Below, piece by piece: positions 9,842 through 17,993 of a stretch of 32,000 nt of DNA. Both the position numbers and the translations under genes were made by a program. Origin of the DNA: Cupriavidus necator (GTDB lineage: Bacteria; Pseudomonadota; Gammaproteobacteria; Burkholderiales; Burkholderiaceae). The stretch covers positions 3,930,001 to 3,962,000 of the forward strand of contig NZ_CP066018.1 of the NCBI RefSeq assembly GCF_016127575.1, given 5' to 3'. The notes under the pieces were generated by a model, which saw nothing but the letters and a program-made list of their open reading frames with translations, had not been told where the DNA came from and did not search any database. The stretch's first letter is position 1. Each line of letters starts with the position of its first letter.

Positions 9842-9946
9842 GCGGATTCGGGTAGTGGATTGGCACGAAAGACAAACTCCACAATTCTATCAGGAGCCGC
9901 TGGGCACGCACCCTTGTGCAGGGTGGGAAACATGGGGGAGCAAATG

Positions 9947-9971
9947 AAAAACGCCCGCTAATGCGGGCGTT
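9947..9971 (-). terminator. Rho-independent terminator after tRNA-Asp
   Basis: Stem AACGCCCGC (9950-9958) / GCGGGCGTT (9963-9971) with loop TAAT. The minus-strand hairpin is followed by TTTTT. Confidence 0.7.
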
Positions 9972-9981
9972 TCCGTAAAAC

Positions 9982-10058
9982 TGGCGGAGTGGACGGGACT
10001 CGAACCCGCGACCCCCGGCGTGACAGGCCGGTATTCTAACCGACTGAACTACCACTCC
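9982..10058 (-). tRNA. tRNA-Asp (anticodon GTC)
   Basis: The reverse complement reads GGAGTGGTAGTTCAGTCGGTTAGAATACCGGCCTGTCACGCCGGGGGTCGCGGGTTCGAGTCCCGTCCACTCCGCCA. It has cloverleaf arms, anticodon loop CTGTCAC and an encoded CCA, and is near-identical in form to E. coli tRNA-Asp. Confidence 0.95.
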
Positions 10059-10110
10059 TGTGTCGGCGCTTGCTGCTGGCGATGCACATGCCCTTGCGAT
10101 GGCGAGTAGC

Positions 10111-10135
10111 GGGTGCTGAGGACGCCTTGCAAGGG
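10111..10135 (-). repeat. Decayed partial copy of tRNA-Val (anticodon-arm/variable region plus 3' acceptor strand, T-arm missing); candidate att-type direct repeat
   Basis: GGGTGCTGAGG (10111-10121) is identical to 21534-21544 of tRNA-Val. ACGCCTTGCAAGGG (10122-10135) matches 21563-21576 at 13 of 14 positions. Order and orientation are the same, with the 18 nt of the T-arm absent between the two blocks. Confidence 0.6.
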
Positions 10136-10312
10136 AATCGAATTTCCTTACAAATCATAAGCCTACAACGCCTACCAACCTTCCCTTGCCGACCGTGCCC
10201 TGCTGCAAGAGGCCGAACTATAGCTCGTGTTCATCATCTGCGCAATACCCGGATGACTCAACCTTGTACCCTCGCCGCTCTGCCCGATGAGGTGGCGTTC
10301 AGCGCAAACTCC

Positions 10313-11329
10313 TTACTCCTCAATCCGTATCCTTGCCGCCTTGACAGCCGCGCCCCATCGTTGATTCTCAGCCTGGACAAATTCACCGAACTTCTTGGGG
10401 TCAATCGTGATTGGCGTATAGCCCATGTCGGCGAGGCGTGCACGGAACTCTGGTTGGGACGTGGCGCGAGTCACCTGCGCCTGGATGGCATCAACCACCA
10501 CTTGCGGCGTATTTGGCGGAGCGAGCACGCCAAACCAGGTGTCAGCGTCGATGGCATAGCCACTTTCGGTGAGCGTAGGAATCTCCTTGATTGACGGGAA
10601 GCGCTCAGGAGATCCCAATGCATAAAGCCGCAGTTTGGTCTTGTTGGCGACCGCCAAAGGTGTGGGAATGAATGCATAGTCAACTTGACCACCCATGACA
10701 GCTGTCATGACCGGTGCAGCGCCGCCGAACGGCACTTCGAGCATGTTGTTGATGTGCGCCTTGGTCTTGAGCAATTCCATGCCCATTTGCGCCATGCTCC
10801 CCGGCCCCCAATGACCATAGGAAAGTGAGCTGGCTTTTGCCTTCGCGACGATGTCCTGGACAGTCCTGGTCTCGGCATCTGGACGACTTGCCAGAACGAA
10901 GCCCATCTTGGCTACGGGAGCAACGGGCCGGAAGCCATTGGGCTGAAACTGGACGACCTTCTTGTGAATATACGGTGCGACTGAAATAAAGTCGGCGGCC
11001 GCAAACAGCAACGTGTACCCATCCGGTGGCGATGCATAAGCGACATTGGCACCAATCACGCCGTTGGCACCCGGCCGGTTCTCCACCACGATGGGTTGGC
11101 CAAGTCCGTTACCAATGCCCGCCACGACAAGGCGGGCGAGTACATCCGTTCCCCCGCCTGGCGCATACGGAACGACCAGCCGAATCGGTTTAGTGGGCGT
11201 CCACCCCGGTTGAGCGTTTGCCGGATTGGCCGCCCACATTGCGGCGAACAGCGTCGCAGCGGCGCCCACAAGGCGAACGCCTCCCTTGGCGCTTCCAGCA
11301 AAGCGCCCCACTGATACCATGAAGTTCAT
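10313..11329 (-). CDS. Bug-family (TctC-like) tripartite tricarboxylate transporter substrate-binding protein
   Basis: Signal peptide, then the typical Bug N-terminus KPIRLVVPYAPGGGTDVLARL...ENRPGANG. AGGAGA SD 5 nt before ATG 11329. Confidence 0.85.
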   Translation of the reverse strand: MNFMVSVGRFAGSAKGGVRLVGAAATLFAAMWAANPANAQPGWTPTKPIRLVVPYAPGGGTDVLARLVVAGIGNGLGQPIVVENRPGANGVIGANVAYASPPDGYTLLFAAADFISVAPYIHKKVVQFQPNGFRPVAPVAKMGFVLASRPDAETRTVQDIVAKAKASSLSYGHWGPGSMAQMGMELLKTKAHINNMLEVPFGGAAPVMTAVMGGQVDYAFIPTPLAVANKTKLRLYALGSPERFPSIKEIPTLTESGYAIDADTWFGVLAPPNTPQVVVDAIQAQVTRATSQPEFRARLADMGYTPITIDPKKFGEFVQAENQRWGAAVKAARIRIEE

Positions 11330-11372
11330 GTTGTCTCCTGACTGTTCTAATGTGCCATCGTGTGGTTCGCAG

Positions 11373-12842
11373 TCATCTGTGGACTGCCTGCTGCGCTGCA
11401 TGCTCGCCGGCAAGCTTTCCGAATACCGCGCCTCGCATTACCGACGTAGCCCCCGTGTAGACCTGGTAGTAAAGGCCCGATGCTTCGCCCGCGGCATACA
11501 GTCCGGGGATAGCCTTGCCGTCGGCGTCCACAACCTGAGCGTCCCGATTGATCTTGATGCCTCCGAACGTGAAACAAATGCCAGGCATGATCGGATAGGC
11601 ATAGTAGGGTGCGCTGGCAATGGGGCGTGCCCAATTGGACTTCCTGGGGAGAATGCCTGAGGTCGCAAGATGGTCCTCTTCGAGCGGCATGAAAGTCCCG
11701 GTAGGGCAAGCCGCGTTGAACCCTCGCACAGTCCCTTCAAGGCCCTCAGCGGAAATGCCGCAACGCTGCGCCAACTCTGCCAGCGTTCCTGCCTGGAGGG
11801 GGGGCTGATCTGTGCGAATGCCTTTTCTCCAGTTCGGCACATCGTTGATCCGCTCGTCGAAGATGACGTAAGCGATGCCGTCTGGCTGGTCCTTGATCGC
11901 ACGGGAGATATGATCGTAATGCACGTCGACCGGTCCCGGCGCCTCATCCGTAAAGCGTAGACCGAGCTTGTTCACCAGGATCCCATACGGAAAATTCATC
12001 ACAAGCGCTTCGACCTGTGCGGATCGGGGATCCAGCGGCTCGGCGTGAAACGAGCTGAAATCTCCGGCTGGTGCCGCACCCAGGTTCAGCGCCATGCGGA
12101 TTCCTTCGCCCTTGTTGTAGTAGCCGCCGCGTGCGACAGGACGGATATAGCGCGCCGCGGGCCCCATGTACTGCGTCAGCATTTCCGGATTGCCTTCAAA
12201 TCCACCCGACGCAATCACAACCGAGCGGCCGAGGAGTTCGAATGCATTCCCATCGGCGCCAACCAGACCCAGTCGAAGCTGGCCATTGGCGTCGCGCCGG
12301 GACAGCGAGTTTGCTGTCGTCTCGTAGTAGAACTTGACGCCAAGATCGCCAGCACGCGCATGCAATGCCTCGATCATGGCCAGGCCTCCGCCAACCGGCA
12401 TTAGCCGAGGTGCCGCCGCCGTGACGAAGTAAGTGGGCAGCGCGTCAAAGCGAATGCCAAAGGTCTGGAGCCACTGCACCGTCGGGCCAGCTTCGCACGA
12501 AAGCGTCGACAGCAGTTCGGGGTCCGGCATGCCATGTGCCTTCACGTACGCGGGCCACTCTGCATACGGTGCGGCCATGCTGCGAACAACGTTGGGATCG
12601 AGATTGTCGCCCGCATTGGCGCTCAGCAAGTCATCGAAATCGTCGCTGACCTCGGTATCGCTCTTCATGCGGAAGTACGCCTCGGTCCATCGCGTGTTGC
12701 CGCCATACTCTGCTCGCGTGGCGCGCTCAAGCACGGCCACGCGAGCACCCTTCCCCGCGGCAGCCACGGCCGCCGACAAGCCGGAGATGCCGCAACCGAT
12801 AACGACGACATCGTAGTAGGCGGCACTGTGTGCAGCGCTCAT
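11373..12842 (-). CDS. FAD-dependent oxidoreductase, fumarate reductase/succinate dehydrogenase flavoprotein-like (TcuA / KstD-type)
   Basis: Dinucleotide fold YDVVVIGCGISGLSAAVAAA. The C-terminal region NWARPIASAPYYAYPIMPGICFTFGGIKIN...LYAAGE resembles TcuA-type flavoproteins (recalled, not searched). GAGGAGA SD before ATG 12842. Confidence 0.8.
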   Translation of the reverse strand: MSAAHSAAYYDVVVIGCGISGLSAAVAAAGKGARVAVLERATRAEYGGNTRWTEAYFRMKSDTEVSDDFDDLLSANAGDNLDPNVVRSMAAPYAEWPAYVKAHGMPDPELLSTLSCEAGPTVQWLQTFGIRFDALPTYFVTAAAPRLMPVGGGLAMIEALHARAGDLGVKFYYETTANSLSRRDANGQLRLGLVGADGNAFELLGRSVVIASGGFEGNPEMLTQYMGPAARYIRPVARGGYYNKGEGIRMALNLGAAPAGDFSSFHAEPLDPRSAQVEALVMNFPYGILVNKLGLRFTDEAPGPVDVHYDHISRAIKDQPDGIAYVIFDERINDVPNWRKGIRTDQPPLQAGTLAELAQRCGISAEGLEGTVRGFNAACPTGTFMPLEEDHLATSGILPRKSNWARPIASAPYYAYPIMPGICFTFGGIKINRDAQVVDADGKAIPGLYAAGEASGLYYQVYTGATSVMRGAVFGKLAGEHAAQQAVHR

Positions 12843-12865
12843 CGTGCGTCTCCTCTTTTTTGCTT

Positions 12866-14347
12866 TTAGTACTTCCGGACAAACGGATCCGGCATCTCGA
12901 GATCGGTGGATACCCATACGCTCTTGGTCTCCATGAACTCCTTGACCGCCTCTGTGCCACCCTCACGCCCTAGACCGCTATCCTTGTAGCCGCCAAATGG
13001 CGTGGTGAAACTCGTGGAGCGGTAGTTGTTGATCCAGACCGTTCCTGCTTGCAAGCGCTCAGACATGTACATGGCTCGGTGCAGACTCTTGGTCCATACG
13101 CCGGCCGCGAGGCCGAACCGGATATCGTTCGCGATGCGCAGCGCATCGTCTTCATCCTTGAACTTAAGCACAGACAGTACAGGGCCAAAGACCTCTTCCT
13201 GCGCAATGCGCATGTCGTTGGTCACATTGGTAAAAATTGTCGGCTCGACGAACTGACCCGCGCCGTAGTCCGCGCCGCTGCGCGTCTTGCCACCGAAAGC
13301 ACAGGTCGCCCCGTCTTCCCGAGCAATGCGGATGTAGTCGACCACCTTCTCAAACTGCGGACGGGTCGCCACAGGCCCCATCTGCACATCCGAACGCGCG
13401 GGATCACCGAGCTTCGCCTTGCTCGTGATTGCAACCAGCCGATCGACGAACTCGTCGTGAATGCTCTCCTGCAGCAGCAATCGCGAGCCGGCCATGCAAG
13501 TCTGGCCACCTGCCGAGAAGATCCCGGTGATGACCCCATTTGCTGCGTTGGTGAGGTCGGCATCGTCGAAGACGATATTCGGTGATTTTCCGCCAAGTTC
13601 CAGGGTGACCTTCTTGAAGTGTGCCGCCGCGGCAAGATTGACGCGTCGGCCTCCTTCATCCCCCCCGGTAAAGGCGATCATGGGCACTAGCGGATGCTCG
13701 ACCAGCGGCTCGCCGACATCCCTGCCGAATCCCGTCACCACATTGAAGACACCCGGCGGAAAGCCCGCCTTGACGAACAGCCTGGCCAGTTCCAGCAGGG
13801 ATGCCGAGGTGTGCTCGGACGGCTTGGCTACGATCGCATTGCCCGCACAAAGGGCAGGCGCAACCTTCCAGGCTGTCAGCAGCAGGGAAGAATTCCACGG
13901 CGTGATCGTGCCAACGACGCCCACCGGCTCCAGTCGGGTGTAGTTAAACACCTTCGGCTTGTCCATCGGCACGACCGCGCCCTGAATCTTGTCCGCCATG
14001 CCCGCATAGTAATAGAAGTACTTGGCGACATAGCCGACCTGGCCTCGTACTTCGCTGCGCAATTTGCCATTGTCACGCGCTTCCACTTCCGTCAGCAGAT
14101 CGATGTTCTCTTCGATCAGTCCGGCCAGCTTGTACAGCAGCATCCCGCGGTTAGTCGCCGACATTTTGGACCATGGCCCTTTCATCGCTGCGGCGGCAGC
14201 CTGAGCCGCGCGATCGACGTCTTCGCGTGTTCCGCGCGGAATCTCGGCCCATGCTTCGCCGGTGAACGGATCGAGCGATTCAAACCATTGACCTCGGCTC
14301 GGATCAACCCATTCGTTATTGATGAAGAGTTGGTATCGCGGCTGCAT
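12866..14347 (-). CDS. NAD(P)+-dependent aldehyde dehydrogenase
   Basis: ALDH hallmarks: LFINNEWV N-terminus, catalytic Glu motif ELGGKSP, catalytic Cys motif GQTCMAGSR. AGGAGA SD before ATG 14347. Confidence 0.9.
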   Translation of the reverse strand: MQPRYQLFINNEWVDPSRGQWFESLDPFTGEAWAEIPRGTREDVDRAAQAAAAAMKGPWSKMSATNRGMLLYKLAGLIEENIDLLTEVEARDNGKLRSEVRGQVGYVAKYFYYYAGMADKIQGAVVPMDKPKVFNYTRLEPVGVVGTITPWNSSLLLTAWKVAPALCAGNAIVAKPSEHTSASLLELARLFVKAGFPPGVFNVVTGFGRDVGEPLVEHPLVPMIAFTGGDEGGRRVNLAAAAHFKKVTLELGGKSPNIVFDDADLTNAANGVITGIFSAGGQTCMAGSRLLLQESIHDEFVDRLVAITSKAKLGDPARSDVQMGPVATRPQFEKVVDYIRIAREDGATCAFGGKTRSGADYGAGQFVEPTIFTNVTNDMRIAQEEVFGPVLSVLKFKDEDDALRIANDIRFGLAAGVWTKSLHRAMYMSERLQAGTVWINNYRSTSFTTPFGGYKDSGLGREGGTEAVKEFMETKSVWVSTDLEMPDPFVRKY

Positions 14348-14460
14348 CTATGTCTCCTGAGGTGAGTAAGGCCAGCGAAAAGCGCTGTATTGTGGGGATA
14401 TTCTGGCGGCCACAACGCGCGACGGCAAACGAGAAGAACTGTGGACTTGATGAGGTTTTC

Positions 14461-15681
14461 TCACGATCTGGAGGCCGCAAGATTCAGCCGGAATGCAGCC
14501 GCCAGCGCGTCTGCCACACGCGCAAGGTTTTGGCTGTTGAGCGCAGCGATGCAGATGCGACCCGAGTCAGCCCCGTAGATGGCGCACTCTTCGCGCAAGT
14601 ACTCCATTTGGGCTTGTTTGAGACCGGAATAGCTGAACATGCCCTTCTGGCGTTCGATGAAGGCGAAATCCTTATCGACACCTCGGGCCTTGAGCGCTTC
14701 ACTTAACTCTGTGCGCATGCGGCAGATCCGCAGGCGAATCGCTTCGAGCTCTGCCTGCCAATGCTCTCGCAGCAATGGCGTGGTCAGGACCTGCGTGACC
14801 AGCCGCCCGCCATGGGATGGCGGATTCGAGTAATTCGTACGGATCAGGAGTTTCAACTGCGAGCGCACGCGCACAGCCACATCTTCTGTCGGACAAACCA
14901 CAGAGAGGGCCCCGACTCGCTCGCCGTACAGCGAGAAGTTCTTTGAGAATGACGTGGCCACCATGCATGGCAATCCTGCCTCCACAAATGCGCGAGCCAC
15001 ACGCGCATCGGCGTCGAGGCCATCCCCGAAGCCCTGATATGCCATGTCAATCAGTGGTATCAGACGTCGCTGCGCGATGATATCGATGATCGCCGGCCAG
15101 GCATCCTGGGGCAGGTCGTACCCGGTCGGGTTGTGACAGCAGGCATGCAAGACCACAACCGTCCCGGCACTTGCATGCGACAGGTCGGTCAGCATGCCGC
15201 TCAGGTCTGGCTGCTCCGCATCGCGCGGAAGGTAGCGATACGTATGAACCTGGTAACCCGCCCTTGACAGTACTCCGCGGTGGTTTTCCCAAGTCGGCTC
15301 GCTAATCAGGGCACGCGCAGGCGCCCCCCATCGTCTCGCGAATTCTGCGCCAAGGCGCAGCGCACTGGTTCCGCCCACCGTTTGCACCGTGGCAACGCGC
15401 CTGGCCAGCGCCGAGTCCGCGTCGATACCGAAGACGATGGGAAGAACTGCATGCTGGAAGGCCACAGTGCCGTCGATAGGCTGATAACCGCGCGGCAGCC
15501 TCGCCGCTACCAGGTCAGCCTCAGCGTTTGCAATGCATTCGAGCAGGGGAATCCGGCCACCATCGTCGTGGTAGACACCTACCGCAAGGTTCACCTTCTC
15601 AGGACGCGGATCGTGTGCAAATTGCTCGTTCAGGCCAAGGATTGGATCCCTGGGAGCCATTGGAAGGGACGTCAGAAACAT
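14461..15681 (-). CDS. Class I aminotransferase, aspartate/aromatic amino acid type (AspC/TyrB family)
   Basis: N-terminus MF...APRDPILGL...NLAVGVY and the PLP-lysine motif SFSKNFSLYGERVG parallel E. coli AspC (SYSKNFGLYNERVG). Confidence 0.88.
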   Translation of the reverse strand: MFLTSLPMAPRDPILGLNEQFAHDPRPEKVNLAVGVYHDDGGRIPLLECIANAEADLVAARLPRGYQPIDGTVAFQHAVLPIVFGIDADSALARRVATVQTVGGTSALRLGAEFARRWGAPARALISEPTWENHRGVLSRAGYQVHTYRYLPRDAEQPDLSGMLTDLSHASAGTVVVLHACCHNPTGYDLPQDAWPAIIDIIAQRRLIPLIDMAYQGFGDGLDADARVARAFVEAGLPCMVATSFSKNFSLYGERVGALSVVCPTEDVAVRVRSQLKLLIRTNYSNPPSHGGRLVTQVLTTPLLREHWQAELEAIRLRICRMRTELSEALKARGVDKDFAFIERQKGMFSYSGLKQAQMEYLREECAIYGADSGRICIAALNSQNLARVADALAAAFRLNLAASRS

Positions 15682-15788
15682 CTTGAACTCGCTCTACTTG
15701 GTGGGAGCGAGTCATTCTCCGTGTCGCCTGGAACGGCAGTAAAACGAGTTTTTCTCCAGTACTGATGCGCCTGGCGCAAGTAGCCCCC

Positions 15789-15809
15789 AAAAAGTTACGC
15801 GAACGCAAC
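15789..15809 (-). terminator. Weak candidate intrinsic terminator after the LysR gene
   Basis: Imperfect hairpin GTTGCG-TTCG-CGTAAC on the minus strand, with one mismatch, followed by TTTTT. Confidence 0.3.
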
Positions 15810-15818
15810 TTATCGACC

Positions 15819-16724
15819 CTACTTTAGCCGGGATTTCCACTCCGCTTCGATCCCGACCACCCAGTCTCGAAATAGCTGCACGAGCGCCGAGTCCTTCTTC
15901 CGTTCCGGATACACGAGGCAATAGCGCTTCTCGTGCTTAAGAGACAGATCGAACGGCACGACAAGATCGTTGCGCTCGATCTCATCTTGTACATACATGC
16001 GGGGAACCAGGCCAGCGCCTAACCCTGCTCGCGCAGCTTCGATGACCATGCCGTACAACTCGAAATGCATGCTCGAAACCGGTGTAAAGTCCGCCACCGC
16101 GGCCATCGCAAACCAGTGCCGCCATGCTTCTGGCCGGGTGGACTTGTGCAAGAGCGGCAGTTCCGCCAAGTCTGCCGGCGCACCCAAGAGCTGGGTGTCA
16201 AAGTAGCGGGGGCTCACGATCGGGACCAGTTCTTCGTCAAACAGGTCGACCCTTACCACATTGGTCCAGGCCGGATGCTCGAAATTGAGCGCCGCATCGA
16301 AGTTGGTTTCGTCAAAGCTAAAGGGCAGTGGGCGCTCTGAGAGATTGAGAATAATGTCCGGATGACGCTCACGGAAATCGCGCAGGCGCGGCAGCAGCCA
16401 CCTGTTTGCAAACGTGGGGATCACCGCCAGTTCAAGCACGCCGCCAACGCCCTTGTGCGCCATCAGAGCGGAGGTGTGTGCCTCTATCTCCGCAAGGTTA
16501 CGCGCAATATTCTTCAGATACAGGCGGCCGGCATCATTGAGAACGACCTGCTTGCGGACCCGCGTGAAGAGCTTGACGCCCAGATATGTTTCCAGTGTCG
16601 CGATCTGCCTGCTCACGGCGCTCTCGGTCAGGCACACCTCGCTTGCCGCACGGGCAAAACTGCCTTGCCTTGCTGCCGCCTCGAAGACCGCCAGGGCGAT
16701 CGTGCTTGGAATCTTACGTCTCAT
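15819..16724 (-). CDS. LysR-family transcriptional regulator (GcvA-like subgroup)
   Basis: N-terminal wHTH (FEAAARQGSFARAASEVCLTESAVSRQIATLE) plus a LysR substrate-binding domain. Confidence 0.9.
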   Translation of the reverse strand: MRRKIPSTIALAVFEAAARQGSFARAASEVCLTESAVSRQIATLETYLGVKLFTRVRKQVVLNDAGRLYLKNIARNLAEIEAHTSALMAHKGVGGVLELAVIPTFANRWLLPRLRDFRERHPDIILNLSERPLPFSFDETNFDAALNFEHPAWTNVVRVDLFDEELVPIVSPRYFDTQLLGAPADLAELPLLHKSTRPEAWRHWFAMAAVADFTPVSSMHFELYGMVIEAARAGLGAGLVPRMYVQDEIERNDLVVPFDLSLKHEKRYCLVYPERKKDSALVQLFRDWVVGIEAEWKSRLK

Positions 16725-16861
16725 GGCTCACATCCACGTCTTGCTTACTCAGATTGCATTAGTTGTTGATTATTACTCAGTTGCCCGTATTACGCGGTTT
16801 CGCCAATACTCCGGGGCAACCCGCATGGTCCTGCAGACGGCGGATACGATCCGGAAATGCT

Positions 16862-17158
16862 ATGACCCAGAACTTGATGGCACGAATTCGCGAGGCGATT
16901 CTCGATGCCGCACCCTTAGAGCCTCTTGTCAGCCCTCTCGACCGGGATCAGGCCATTACCTTGCTGCAGGATGCCATCCTGGCTGACGACATCGAACGTC
17001 AGATCATCTGCCTCGCTGCCGCGGTGGAGCTACACGCGGTTGTTTCCCAGGATCTGTGGCGACATTGCGAGCGCAAGGCCGGAGACAGTGGCGATGCCGC
17101 ATTGAGTCGACTGTTCCGCAGCGCGCGTGGCCGATCCTTCGCCAGGATGATGCGCTGA
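16862..17158 (+). CDS. Hypothetical protein (98 aa), no family recognised; may be a 5' gene remnant
   Basis: ORF divergent from the LysR gene, with codon usage like the surrounding low-GC3 block and a weak SD. The C-terminal about 20 aa are Arg-rich (SRLFRSARGRSFARMMR), so the end may not be native. Confidence 0.3.
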   Translation: MTQNLMARIREAILDAAPLEPLVSPLDRDQAITLLQDAILADDIERQIICLAAAVELHAVVSQDLWRHCERKAGDSGDAALSRLFRSARGRSFARMMR

Positions 17159-17303
17159 TACGCATGCCTGACACCGGCGCTTGCTGTTCCCACTGTTGCA
17201 TATGGCTATTTTACGATCTGCAACAGCTCGACCCGCCCCGCCTCGAGCCGCGCCTGCATCACGGCGTGGGCCTGCCACTCGGCTGCCAATTCCGCCTGCA
17301 CGC

Positions 17304-17843
17304 TCAGGCGCACATGCGCGCCTGGAGCGCCATCAGCTCATGCTTGACGACCTTGCCCGCGGCATTGGTCGGCAGGGCCGCCATGAAGGCCACGGAACGT
17401 GGCACCTTATAGTTTGCCAGGCGGGCTTTGCACCATTCCAGCAATACCTCCCCGCTCATGCTCTCGCCTTCGCGCAACACCACGAAGGTGCGGCCAACCT
17501 CGCCCAGGCGCGTATCGGGTACGCCGACCACCGCGACCTGCGCCACCGCCGGATGCGTGCCAATCAGGTGCTCGATCTCCGCGGGATAGCAGTTGAAGCC
17601 GCCCACGATGAACATGTCCTTGAGCCGGCCGGTGATACACAGGTTTCCGGCGGCGTCGACGCTGCCGATGTCGCCTGTATGCAGCCACCCCGCGTCGTCG
17701 ATGGCCTCGCGTGTGGCGGCCTCGCCGTCGAAGTACCCACGCATGACGGTGTAGCCGCGGATCCACACTTCGCCCGGGTCACCGCCACTCAGCGAGCTGA
17801 CGGTACGATGAGCAGACGCATCGCCCTGGCCGGAGGGTGCCAT
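17304..17843 (-). pseudogene. 5'-truncated acyl-CoA synthetase / AMP-dependent ligase (C-terminal about 165 aa only)
   Basis: The clear ANL-superfamily C-terminal half is present (GEVWIRGYTVMRGY, WLHTGDIG, GRLKDMFIVGGFNCYPAEIE, HPAVAQVAVVGVPD, YKVPR). Similarity stops near 17800. The space for the missing about 350 N-terminal aa is occupied by an intact SDR gene on the other strand. Confidence 0.75.
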
Positions 17844-17993
17844 GGCGAAAAAATCGTCTCGGGCGCGGTTGTTTTGGTCCATTTGGACTATGTCGCACCC
17901 CGCGTGACCGGAAACAATGCGCCTATCAGCCGCGAATATCGGCCGACATGTCGCCGCTGCGCGACCAACCATGACATCCGGGAGAGACATCCA

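Noticed and set aside
7790-9961. 723-aa plus-strand ORF opposite ppiD
   Set aside because: It is an antisense shadow of ppiD, with repetitive Leu/Arg/Gly/Ala composition and no SD. It also runs through the ppiD terminator and promoter.
10070-10594. 174-aa plus-strand ORF starting next to tRNA-Asp
   Set aside because: It covers the tRNA-Val-like remnant and then runs antisense to the Bug gene. It has no SD and no recognisable domain.
17206-17313. 35-codon minus-strand frame (VRLSVQAELAAEWQAHAVMQARLEAGRVELLQIVK) just past the ligase stop
   Set aside because: It reads like a helical protein C-terminus and might be another gene fragment. It is too short, has only a GTG start inside the ligase remnant, and cannot be evaluated without a database search.
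17181-17993. N-terminal 271 codons of the 536-aa plus-strand ORF that ends as the SDR
   Set aside because: This part is antisense to the acyl-CoA ligase remnant and has no SDR similarity. SDR homology begins about 20 aa after the GTG at 17994, which has a good SD.
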